64,000 nucleotides of DNA, taken from the NCBI GenBank assembly GCA_963741955.1, contig CAVUKB010000007.1, forward strand, positions 192,001 through 256,000, read 5' to 3'. The position numbers and the translations under genes were made by a program. Under the pieces are notes generated by a model. It did no database searches. It saw only the letters and a program-made list of their open reading frames with translations, and was not told the DNA's origin. The stretch comes from an uncultured Acidobacteriota bacterium (lineage in GTDB: Bacteria; Acidobacteriota; Thermoanaerobaculia; Gp7-AA8). Position 1 is the stretch's first letter; every line of letters begins with the position of its first letter. Of the stretch, positions 18,046 to 26,628 are shown piece by piece.

Positions 18046-20064
18046 TCACCACCGCCGTTGCCGGCTCGACCGCGCCTCCATCGACGCCCGCACGAACAGC
18101 TCCAGCGCCTTCTTGTACGCCACGTCCGCCCGCTTGTAGTTCCCCCGGTCGTAGTAGTCGTCCGCCTCCTGCCACGCCGCGACCGCGTCGTTGTAGTACG
18201 CCGAGCTCCCGCCTCCCGCGCGCTCCGCGCGGGTCTTCGCTCCCGCCACCAGCTTCGCGTGGAACTCCGCCGCCGCGCGCGTTCCGGGAGCCGGCTCTCC
18301 GTCCACCGTCTGCGCGTCCGCAGAGCTCCCGTCGCTCGCCGCATCGTCCGCCGCCGCCGGTGCACTCTGCACCGCGGGCTTCGAAGTCTTCTTCTTCAGC
18401 GGCACGAGATCCGCGACCTGCGCCTTCTGCTGCCCCTCGCCGCTCGTCGCACGCCGCTCACCGCTCATCGCGTGCGCGTCGACCGGTGTGGTCGCATCGA
18501 GCGAGGAGCCCGCGCCGGGCTCGGGCGCCGAAGTGAGAGGCGTCCCCGGCTGAGGCGTCAGTACTGAAGAGGGAGACGCCATCGATGACGCCTCGGCCAC
18601 CGGCTGAGTTGCCGGATCGACGGTCGTTGTCGTCGCTTCGACTGCCGCCGTCCCCGGGAAGAATTTCTCACGGATGAACCGCCGCCCCATGGTGAACGCG
18701 AGTGCCGCACCGCCGATCATCACCAGGAGGAGCACCGCGACCACGGCGAGCGCGACGCGGTTCGAGCCCGACTTCCGTGGCGCCGCCGGTACCGCCACCG
18801 GCGTCGCCGCCGGCGCGTTCCCCGGCGCAGTGACGCCCTGCAGCATCGTGATCGACGCGTCGGGCGAGGTCGTCTCCGACGACGGATGCACCATCGTCGG
18901 CGCGTCCGCGGTCGAGAGAGATGGATTCATCATCGTCGCCGCGGTGCGCGACCCCGCGGCCCCGCCTCCCGTCGCGACGGTCGGAGCGTCGGGCTGAATC
19001 GCCACGGTCGGAACGTCGCCCGAGGGGATCGTTCCGTCCGGTTGGGTCGTCCCGCTCGGGAGCGGCGTCTCCGACGACGCGCGGAACTCCTGGTTCACGA
19101 GTTGCTGTGCGCCCGGAGTGATGCTCGATCCCGGTTGGGTCGGCTGCTGCGGGCGGATCGTGTCGATCAGCGCGCGCGCGTCGAGCGCTTCCATCCCCGC
19201 CGGATACTCTCCCTGGATCGCAGCGATCGCCTCTTCGAACTCTTCGGCGGAACCGTAGCGATCCTCACGCTTCTTCTCCAGCGACTTCAGAATGATCGCG
19301 CGCACCGGCTCCGGCACGCGTCCCTCGGCGTCGGATTCGGAGAACGGGGTCGGCGGATGGAACAGGTGCCCGGCGACCATCGACTGTGCCGTGTCGCCGG
19401 GGATCGGCGCACTTCCAGTCAGGAGCTGATAGAGGACCACGCCGAACGAATAGAGATCGCTCCGGCCGTCGAGACTCTCGCCTTTCGGGAGCGTCCCGAG
19501 CTGCTCGGGCGAGGCGTAACGGACCTTGCCGAGGAACATCCCGGTCTGGGTGAGGCTGTGCGTCTCGTCGGTCGCCTTCGCGATACCGAGGTCGATCAGC
19601 TTCACCAGAAGGCGTCCGTCCTCGTCCGCGGTGAGCATGATGTTGTCGGGAGAGATGTCGCGATGGACGACGCTCTTGCGATGCAGATAGGCGAGAGCGT
19701 CGAGGCTCTGGCGCGCGATCTCCAGCCCGAGGCCGACGTCGACGCGGCCGCGCACCTTCAGCATGTCCGCGAGACTCACTCCGTCGATGAACTCCATCAC
19801 GATGTACGCGGTGGAGTCGGCGCCGAGCGCGTAGTCGAAGATCGATGCGATGTTGTCGTGCTTGAGCCGCGTGACCAGCTTCGCTTCCTGGAGGAACCGG
19901 TGCTCGAGCTCCGGGTTGCCGGCCACTTGCGGCTTCATCACTTTGATCACCCGGATCTCGTCGAGGAAGTTGTGCCGGACCTTGTAGATCGCACCCATTC
20001 CGCCTTCGCGGAGTTTCGCGATGATGGTGTACTTACCGTCGATGAGAGTGCCTGAATCTGACAC
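18046..20064 (-). CDS. Membrane Hanks-type Ser/Thr protein kinase
   Basis: IDGKY, EGGMGAIY, VIKVM, HRDISPDN, DLGIAK, YASPEQ. Pro/Thr-rich linker, one TM (VALAVVAVLLLVMIGGAALAF), helical C-terminus. Probable GTG start at 20064 after AAAAGGTGG; the ORF-track extension to 20466 runs into repeats. Confidence 0.9.
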   Translation of the reverse strand: MSDSGTLIDGKYTIIAKLREGGMGAIYKVRHNFLDEIRVIKVMKPQVAGNPELEHRFLQEAKLVTRLKHDNIASIFDYALGADSTAYIVMEFIDGVSLADMLKVRGRVDVGLGLEIARQSLDALAYLHRKSVVHRDISPDNIMLTADEDGRLLVKLIDLGIAKATDETHSLTQTGMFLGKVRYASPEQLGTLPKGESLDGRSDLYSFGVVLYQLLTGSAPIPGDTAQSMVAGHLFHPPTPFSESDAEGRVPEPVRAIILKSLEKKREDRYGSAEEFEEAIAAIQGEYPAGMEALDARALIDTIRPQQPTQPGSSITPGAQQLVNQEFRASSETPLPSGTTQPDGTIPSGDVPTVAIQPDAPTVATGGGAAGSRTAATMMNPSLSTADAPTMVHPSSETTSPDASITMLQGVTAPGNAPAATPVAVPAAPRKSGSNRVALAVVAVLLLVMIGGAALAFTMGRRFIREKFFPGTAAVEATTTTVDPATQPVAEASSMASPSSVLTPQPGTPLTSAPEPGAGSSLDATTPVDAHAMSGERRATSGEGQQKAQVADLVPLKKKTSKPAVQSAPAAADDAASDGSSADAQTVDGEPAPGTRAAAEFHAKLVAGAKTRAERAGGGSSAYYNDAVAAWQEADDYYDRGNYKRADVAYKKALELFVRASMEARSSRQRRW

Positions 20065-20248
20065 GGGGACCACCTTTTTTTGAAGTATCCATTCAATATA
20101 CTCCGGCCGGAATCCGCCGGCGCCGGTGACGCGCATCACCAATCGGGGCGGTCGTTTCGCGGGCGTGACGAGTATTTCCGGGAGGGACGATTGCAGAGGC
20201 CGCCTGGGGGGGGAGCGGCGAGCGACGAGCGACGAGGGATGCGCCCCC

Positions 20249-21367
20249 GAGGGGTGCGGATCCTCCGATCCGCCGCGAAGATCGTGTTCTGCGCGATGAA
20301 GGCGAAGCCTGCGGCTTCCGCGGAGCGTCCAGCGTTTCAACCACCCAGCCCCGCTTCTGCCGAAACTCCGGATGATGCTGCTGTCGCGCACGCGCCGCAA
20401 TCCGCGCGGCGGATCAGAGGATCCGCTCCCCTCGGCGGCAATCGCTCTCCTCGTCGGCAATGGCACTCGTCGCTCGCGTCGCCGAGGGGTGCGGATCCTC
20501 CGATCCGCCGCGAGAATCGTGTTGTACGCGATGAAGACGAAGGCTGTGGCTTCCGCGGAGCGTAGAGCGTTTCAGTCACCCAGCTCCGCTTCTGCCGAAA
20601 CTCCGGATGATGCTGCTGTCGCGCACGCGCCGCAATCCGCGCGGCGGATCAGAGGATCCGCTCCCCTCGGCGGCAATCGCTCTCCTCGTCGGCAATGGCC
20701 CTCGCCGCTCGCCCCCGAGGGGTGCGGATCCTCCGATCCGCCGCGAAGATCGTGTTCTACGCGATGAAGACGGAGCCTGTGGCTTCCGCGGAGCGTCCAG
20801 CGTTTCAACCACCCAGCCCCGCTTCTGCCGAAACTCCGGATGATGCTGCTGTCGCGCACGCGCCGCAATCCGCGCGGCGGATCAGAGGATCCGCTCCCCT
20901 CGGCGGCAATCGCTCTCCTCGTCGGCAATGGCCCTCGCCGCTCGCCCCCGAGGGGTGCGGATCCTCCGATCCGCCGCGAAGATCGTGTTCTGCGCGATGA
21001 AGGCGAAGCCTGCGGCTTCCGCGGAGCGTCCAGCGTTTCAACCACCCAGCCCCGCTTCTGCCGAAACTCCGGATGATGCTGCTGTCGCGCACGCGCCGCA
21101 ATCCGCGCGGCGGATCAGAGGATCCGCTCCCCTCGGCGGCAATCGCACTCCTCGTCGGCAATGGCCCTCGCCGCTCGCCCCCGAGGGGTGCGGATCCTCC
21201 GATCCGCCGCGAAGATCGTGTTCTGCGCGATGAAGGCGAAGCCTGCGGCTTCCGCGGAGCGTCCAGCGTTTCAACCACTCAGCTCCGCTGCTGCCGAAGT
21301 CGCGGATGATGCTGCTGTCGCGCACGCGCCGCAATCCGCGCGGCGGATCAGAGGATCCGCGCCCCTC
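20249..21367 (+). repeat. Tandem array 2 of the same 185-bp palindromic unit, 5 complete copies
   Basis: Units at 20249-20433, 20484-20668, 20717-20901, 20950-21134 and 21183-21367. Periods are 235/233/233/233. Same arms and orientation as array 1. Confidence 0.92.
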
Positions 21368-21439
21368 GGCGGCAATCGCACTCGTCGCTCGCCGCTCGCC
21401 GCTCGTCGCTCGCCTCTCGCCTCGCGCTACAATCCCCCC

Positions 21440-22381
21440 ATGCACTGTCCCAAGTGCGGCTTCGAGCAACCGGCCGGCGCGGAGTGCGTCTCCTGCGGGA
21501 TCATCTTCTCCAAGTACGAAGAGTCCCAGGCGTTCCCTCCGGTCGTCCCGCCGCCCCGCTCCCGGATGGCACTCCGCACTCCCGATCCCGACGTCGTCCT
21601 CGACGGCCGGGTCGGCCCGAAGGAGCTGAAGATTCTCGGCGGCGGTCTCCTCGCCGCGATCGTGATCTACGCGATCCCCTTCACCCGCTTCGTCCTCTCC
21701 GCGATGGTCACGCTCTTTCACGAGCTCGGACATGCGGTAGTCGGATGGCTGCTCGGATACCCGTCGCTTCCCGCGTTCGACTTCGTTTATGGCGGGGGGC
21801 TGACCAGCTACGGGCAGTTTCATCTGTCGATCGTGATCGCGATCGGCGCCGGCTTCGCCTGGCTCGGTTGGACGTTTCGACACAACACGAAGACGCTCCT
21901 GGTCCTCGGCGGGATCTTTCTTCTCTGGCTGCTTGTGGTCAGTGCGGGATGGCGCCGCGAGATGGCGATGGCGGGCGCGGGCCACGCGTTCGAGTTCATC
22001 CTGGCCGGGATCTTCTTTTACCAGGCATTGTCGGGAACCGGATGGCGCTCGCCCGATCTGGAGCGGCCGCTCGGCGCGTTCGTCGCGTTCTTCGTCCAGA
22101 TCCACAGCATGGCCTTCGCCCTGCGGCTCCGCAGCGACGCCTCGTTCCTCGACTGGTATCGAGGAGGGAAGGGGGGAATGCTGATGAACGATCTCGAACA
22201 GATCGCGCTCGATCTCAAGATCCACACACCCCTCGTCCATTCGACGATTGAAGGCGTCGCCGGCGCGCTCCTCGTCTTCTCACTCCTCCCGATCGCGATC
22301 GCTCTCCTCTGGTACTTCTACCGCTCCCGCTGGCACCGACTCCTCGGCGAGCTCCTTCAAACCTCCCCAGGCACCGCCTGA
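21440..22381 (+). CDS. Zinc-ribbon + membrane HExxH metalloprotease (M50-like)
   Basis: N-terminal CPKC...CVSC, FHELGH within hydrophobic segments, a distal NDL, multiple TMs. TACAAT lies 6 nt before the ATG. Confidence 0.7.
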   Translation: MHCPKCGFEQPAGAECVSCGIIFSKYEESQAFPPVVPPPRSRMALRTPDPDVVLDGRVGPKELKILGGGLLAAIVIYAIPFTRFVLSAMVTLFHELGHAVVGWLLGYPSLPAFDFVYGGGLTSYGQFHLSIVIAIGAGFAWLGWTFRHNTKTLLVLGGIFLLWLLVVSAGWRREMAMAGAGHAFEFILAGIFFYQALSGTGWRSPDLERPLGAFVAFFVQIHSMAFALRLRSDASFLDWYRGGKGGMLMNDLEQIALDLKIHTPLVHSTIEGVAGALLVFSLLPIAIALLWYFYRSRWHRLLGELLQTSPGTA

Positions 22382-22521
22382 GACCCCGCACAAAGTGGGT
22401 CGCGCCTCCGGCGCGAAGCTCGCCGCCCCCGCGCCCGCCGTTCCATGGGTTACAATGTCCCGCTCTTCAACGCACTCGCTCTCGCCGGCGGTGTGAGAAA
22501 TGCGGGTTAGGTGCCCCCGGT

Positions 22522-22968
22522 ATGGTCCAGGACTACGACGCCATCCTCGACAAGCTCCGGAAGATCGAGGCGCTCTTCGCCGGAGCGGCCACACCGGGAG
22601 AGCGTGCGGCGGCAGATGCCGCTCGCGATCGTATTCGGCGGCGGCTCGACGAAATCGGCAAGCGCGAAGCACCCGAAGAGTGGCGGCTCGGTCTCCACAA
22701 CGAGTGGTCCCGGCGCTTGTTCGTCGCTCTCTGCCGGCGTTACGGCCTTTCTCCCTTCCGATACCCCGGCCAGAAACGAACCAGCATCATGGTCAAAGGT
22801 CCACGCTCGTTCATGCAGGAAACACTCATTCCGGAATTCGAGCGAGTGAATCGAGTCCTTCTCCAGCACCTGGATGAGATTGCCGGAGAGATCATCGCGT
22901 CGGCCATTTCATCCGAAACGCGGGACGTGGACGAAGTGAATGACGTTGTCGGAAAGCTGGCCACCTGA
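22522..22968 (+). CDS. Hypothetical protein (DUF2786-like N-terminus), probable integron cassette gene
   Basis: ILDKLRKIEALFAGAATPGERAAA. Preceded by GTTAGGTG at 22506 and followed by an attC-like site overlapping its stop. Confidence 0.7.
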   Translation: MVQDYDAILDKLRKIEALFAGAATPGERAAADAARDRIRRRLDEIGKREAPEEWRLGLHNEWSRRLFVALCRRYGLSPFRYPGQKRTSIMVKGPRSFMQETLIPEFERVNRVLLQHLDEIAGEIIASAISSETRDVDEVNDVVGKLAT

Positions 22969-23055
22969 CTATCCCGATCGGGCCGCCTCGGCTACAGCGC
23001 AACTTGGTTTAGTCTTTCGGTGCGGCCCTCGCGGCTCATCGCGGGTCGGTTGGAC
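22962..23055 (+). mobile_element. Degenerate attC-like recombination site
   Basis: R'' CACCTGAC, which is the 7/8 reverse complement of GTTAGGTG at the cassette 5' end. Arms CGATCGGGCCGC ... GCGGCTCATCG pair with one extra base. R' GTTGGAC at 23049-23055. Confidence 0.6.
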
Positions 23056-23073
23056 GGACCCGGAGGACAGCAG

Positions 23074-23661
23074 ATGGGAAAAGTAGTTGTGCTGAACAGC
23101 GTGACGCTCGACGGCGTGATGCAGGGACCGGGCCGCCCGGACGAGGACACGCGGGATGGGTTTGACCGCGGCGGCTGGGGGGTGGCGCACAGCGACCCGG
23201 CGATGGTCACCAGGATGGGCGAACGGATGGGCGGGGATCGCGCGTTTCTGTTCGGGCGACGCACTTACGAGGAGCTGCTGGCGACTTGGAACGCCCGCGG
23301 AGGCCCGTTCAAGGATGCGCTCAACAGCACTCACAAGTACGTCGCCTCGAGCAACCCCGGAACTAAGCTCGACTGGCCGAACTCGACACTTCTGAGCGAG
23401 GACATTCCGGCGAATGTGGCGGACCTCAAACGCAGCTCTGGTACGAACCTCGTGATCATGGGCAGCGGTGTGTTGATCGGTTCATTGATGGCCGCTAATT
23501 TGATCGACGAGTACCTCCTGATGATCCATCCTTTGGTGCTGGGTACCGGACGGCGGCTGTTTGCTCGCGGCACACACGCATCGCTGCGGCTGGTCGACAG
23601 CAGCGCCACGAGCACGGGCGTATTGATCGCCACGTACGAGCCTGCAGGAGACGGAAAATGA
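23074..23661 (+). CDS. Dihydrofolate reductase family (RibD C-terminal) protein
   Basis: VTLDGVMQGPG, LFGRRTYE, GSGVLIGSL, LIDEYLLMIHPLVLGTGRRLF. RBS GGAGG before ATG 23074. Confidence 0.9.
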   Translation: MGKVVVLNSVTLDGVMQGPGRPDEDTRDGFDRGGWGVAHSDPAMVTRMGERMGGDRAFLFGRRTYEELLATWNARGGPFKDALNSTHKYVASSNPGTKLDWPNSTLLSEDIPANVADLKRSSGTNLVIMGSGVLIGSLMAANLIDEYLLMIHPLVLGTGRRLFARGTHASLRLVDSSATSTGVLIATYEPAGDGK

Positions 23662-23739
23662 TTCCGCGGAAGGCTGCCTCCCCAACGTCGCGTTGCGCCT
23701 GACGTGCTCCTCGGACGTTCTTACCGCGCAGACTCCCAG

Positions 23740-23898
23740 GAGTCTGCGCGATAGAAGCGGTCCTACTGCGAAAACGGATCAGCGGTCCAAATCCGCCCGG
23801 ATTTTCGGCGAGTAGCCACCGCTACGCACCTCAAATCCGAACGAATTTGGCCTCGCTGCTCTGTTTTCTCGCTACGGACGTCTCTACCGCACAGACTC
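23740..23898. mobile_element. ~159-bp MITE-like element with terminal inverted repeats and CCAG flanking direct repeats
   Basis: Left end GAGTCTGCGCGATAGAAGCGGTCC, right end GGACGTCTCTACCGCACAGACTC (imperfect inverted repeats). CCAG at 23736-23739 and 23899-23902. Additional solo right ends at 23712-23735 and 29624-29637. Confidence 0.55.
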
Positions 23899-23956
23899 CC
23901 AGGATATTCTGTGCGCGTCCCGGCCGGTGAGGGGCGTCCCTCTTAAGGAGGTCGTT

Positions 23957-24736
23957 ATGAAATGGCTGGCTACGGTAGCGGTAATCGCACTTCTGAGCAC
24001 ACCGAACGTACAAGCGGCTGATCCGCAAGGCGGATCGTTGTCGGCATCGCCCGGCGAAGTTGCAACGGAACCGATCCTCGTTCCTGTCGCGGCGCAGGGG
24101 CTCCGCGGCGCGAACGGCTCGGTCTGGGACACGGACCTCTGGGTAACCAACACGACTGATTCTCCAATCGTGTTCTATTTCTCGCCCTGCCAGGTCTCCT
24201 GCTGCTGCGACGAATTCAACACGTTCGCGCCGCAACAGACACGGTTGGGCGGCGGCGACAGTTCGCGCGGAGCGTGGTTCTACCTCCCCGCCGACGGATC
24301 CCTGCAAATGCAGGCGAGACTGCGGGACCGAACGCGCGCCGCCTCCTCGGCCGGTGTAGAGCTCCCGCTGGTCCGAGAGAGGGATTTTCGAACCGGCGTC
24401 GTCCAGCTGGTGGGGGTGCCACAGGATGGGAGATTTCGCGTGATGCTGCGGATCTATGCGCTCGCGGCCGGAGTATCAGCCCGCATCGAACAGCTCGATG
24501 CGAACGGAGTCGTCCAGCGCGAGGATATCGTCGCGCTCGAGCCACCCACGACTTCGCCGTACCTGATAGGAGTCGCACCGGCTTACGCTCAGCTGCCGCT
24601 TCCAGTAGTCGCGCCGAACAGTGAGCCCGGTCGAATTCGCATTTCGAGTCTGTCTCCGGGCGAACCCATTTGGACCTTCGCGTCGATCACAAACAACGAG
24701 TCCGGCGAAGTCACCCTGGTGCAGCCCTGGTGGTGA
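23957..24736 (+). CDS. Secreted hypothetical protein
   Basis: RBS AAGGAGG, signal peptide, motif ILVPV...GANGSVWDTDLWVTN, C-terminal WTFASITNNESGEVTLVQP. Confidence 0.75.
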   Translation: MKWLATVAVIALLSTPNVQAADPQGGSLSASPGEVATEPILVPVAAQGLRGANGSVWDTDLWVTNTTDSPIVFYFSPCQVSCCCDEFNTFAPQQTRLGGGDSSRGAWFYLPADGSLQMQARLRDRTRAASSAGVELPLVRERDFRTGVVQLVGVPQDGRFRVMLRIYALAAGVSARIEQLDANGVVQREDIVALEPPTTSPYLIGVAPAYAQLPLPVVAPNSEPGRIRISSLSPGEPIWTFASITNNESGEVTLVQPWW

Positions 24737-24882
24737 GTGCATCGCGCACCGTCGCCGACGGGATCACGCAGCAGCCCTCGATTGCTCCTCGCGTCGAGAC
24801 GATGTGAGAACCGGGAGCTGGAGTTGGTACAATACCCCTGCGGCACGGTGCGACTCGCTGCAGGAGCTGGCAGGCGCCTGCC

Positions 24883-25395
24883 ATGAAGATCATGGATCGA
24901 GTTGAATTCCGCCGTTCGCGCGCAAAGAGTGCGAAGCTGGCCGTGATCGGCCTCGCTCTCGTAGGTGCATCCTGGTTTCTGGCGCAGTCGGCTGATGGTC
25001 CCCTCGATAAGGCCGTCGGATGGTTCGGCGTCGTCTTCTTTGGTGCCGCGCTGTTGCTTTCGCTGAAACGAATGCTGGAAGGCGGCGTCGCGTACGTATT
25101 CGACTCGGGCGGTATCGAGATCGAACGGGGTCCCGTTCGCAGGATTCCCTGGTCGGAACTTCAGGGTTACTCTGTTGTGAGCGTCAGACGTAACCGCTTT
25201 CTCGCAGTCACGCTCCGCGACCCGGAGCTGTTCTTTGCGACCCTCTCGCCCGGCAAGCGCAAGCTCGCTGCATTCAACAAAAGGATGGGCTGGGGCGATT
25301 GGACGTTTTCGTTCACGGGTGTTTCACCGGGCCTCGATGCCGCAGTCGATTTCATCCGGCAGAACGTCGGGAATCTCGCCGAAGCGCCTGACTGA
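24883..25395 (+). CDS. Membrane hypothetical protein (two TMs + PH-like domain, STM3941-like)
   Basis: Two N-terminal TMs, VGWFGVVFFG, IPWSEL motif. Confidence 0.65.
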   Translation: MKIMDRVEFRRSRAKSAKLAVIGLALVGASWFLAQSADGPLDKAVGWFGVVFFGAALLLSLKRMLEGGVAYVFDSGGIEIERGPVRRIPWSELQGYSVVSVRRNRFLAVTLRDPELFFATLSPGKRKLAAFNKRMGWGDWTFSFTGVSPGLDAAVDFIRQNVGNLAEAPD

Positions 25396-25815
25396 CCAAC
25401 CGGCCTTCCGCTCCGGTTCCGCTGCGCCGTTCTCGAGACCGAGCCAACGCGGAGGAGAAGGGGCGCGTCCTGCGCCTCCGGCGGCGATCGGCAGCGGTGA
25501 TTCCCCCTGCTCCGTGACGTGACCGGATGTAGGCTTTCAGTGCGGGGCCTCGCCACGGATCGGCGCGCGCCGCTGTACCCTTACGCGGTCGCGTATCCAC
25601 GGTGGTCGTCGTATCCGGAGGCAAGGCCTCAGCGCTCAGGCGCGTGACGCTCGCTCCCGATCGGAGACTCGTACGGAGGAAGCTCACGTCGAGGCGGTGC
25701 CGGGTAAACCGGGCTACAATGCTCACGGCCGCCTGGAACGCGGCGGCCGCGATCTCCGGGAGCCGGCGAGCAGGAATCGGCCGGAGCGCTTCTCGAGTCG
25801 CACCATCGTGCAGGA

Positions 25816-26628
25816 ATGACTGACGTTCAACCGATCATCGAAGTCCGCAACGTGGTGAAGAAGTTCGGGGACTTCGTCGCTGTCGACGACCTCACGTTCG
25901 ACGTCGCGCAGGGCGAGATCTTCGCCTTTCTCGGACCGAACGGCGCCGGAAAGACGACCACCATCCGGATGCTCACCACTCTTCTTCGCCCGACCAGCGG
26001 CAGCATCCGCGTCGCCGGTCACGATCCGGCACGGGATCAGGAAGGTGTCCGGCGCTCGATCGGCATCGTGTTTCAGGATCCGTCCCTCGACGACGAGCTG
26101 ACCGCGTGGGAGAACCTCGAGCTGCACGGCATCCTCTACGGCGTCGCGCGCTCGCTGCGCCGGGAGCGAATCGACCAGCTCCTCACGCTGGTCGACCTCG
26201 CGAACCGCCGCAATGACCGGGTCAAGCAGTTCTCCGGCGGAATGAAACGGCGCCTCGAGATCGCGCGCGGCCTCCTCCATCATCCCAAGGTTCTCTTCCT
26301 CGACGAGCCGACCCTCGGGCTCGATCCGCAGACACGCAACCACCTCTGGAGCTACGTGATCAAACTCAATCAGGACGAGGGCGTCACCGTCTTCCTCACC
26401 ACGCATTACATGGAAGAAGCGGAGCGGGTGGCGAGGAGGATCGCCATCGTCGACCATGGAAAGATCACCGCAGTCGGATCGGCCGCGGAGCTCAAGGAGC
26501 AGACGAAGACTGCCTCGCTCGAAGACGCATTCATCGCCCTGACCGGATCCACCATTCGCGAAGAAGATGCTTCGGCGGTCGACACGATGCGCCAGCACGT
26601 GCGCGCCTGGAGGGGGAACCGCCGATGA
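25816..26628 (+). CDS. ABC-2 exporter ATP-binding subunit (DrrA-like)
   Basis: GPNGAGKTT, FSGGMKRR, LFLDEPTLGLDP, TTHYMEEA. Confidence 0.93.
   Translation: MTDVQPIIEVRNVVKKFGDFVAVDDLTFDVAQGEIFAFLGPNGAGKTTTIRMLTTLLRPTSGSIRVAGHDPARDQEGVRRSIGIVFQDPSLDDELTAWENLELHGILYGVARSLRRERIDQLLTLVDLANRRNDRVKQFSGGMKRRLEIARGLLHHPKVLFLDEPTLGLDPQTRNHLWSYVIKLNQDEGVTVFLTTHYMEEAERVARRIAIVDHGKITAVGSAAELKEQTKTASLEDAFIALTGSTIREEDASAVDTMRQHVRAWRGNRR

Noticed and set aside
16535-21309. Many short repeated ORFs inside the arrays (e.g. MMLLSRTRRNPRGG...) and the N-terminal extensions of ORFs 18046..20466 and 21161..22381
   Set aside because: Translations of palindromic repeats. Frame is not preserved between units (233-bp period), and there is no RBS.
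16659-21367. CRISPR array interpretation of the tandem repeats
   Set aside because: Units are 185 bp with homologous interiors, and spacers are low-complexity or identical rather than unique. No cas genes are present.
24737-25815. Additional attC sites around the 24.9-25.4 kb gene
   Set aside because: Only isolated CCAAC words; no paired arms or GTTRRRY partner could be identified.
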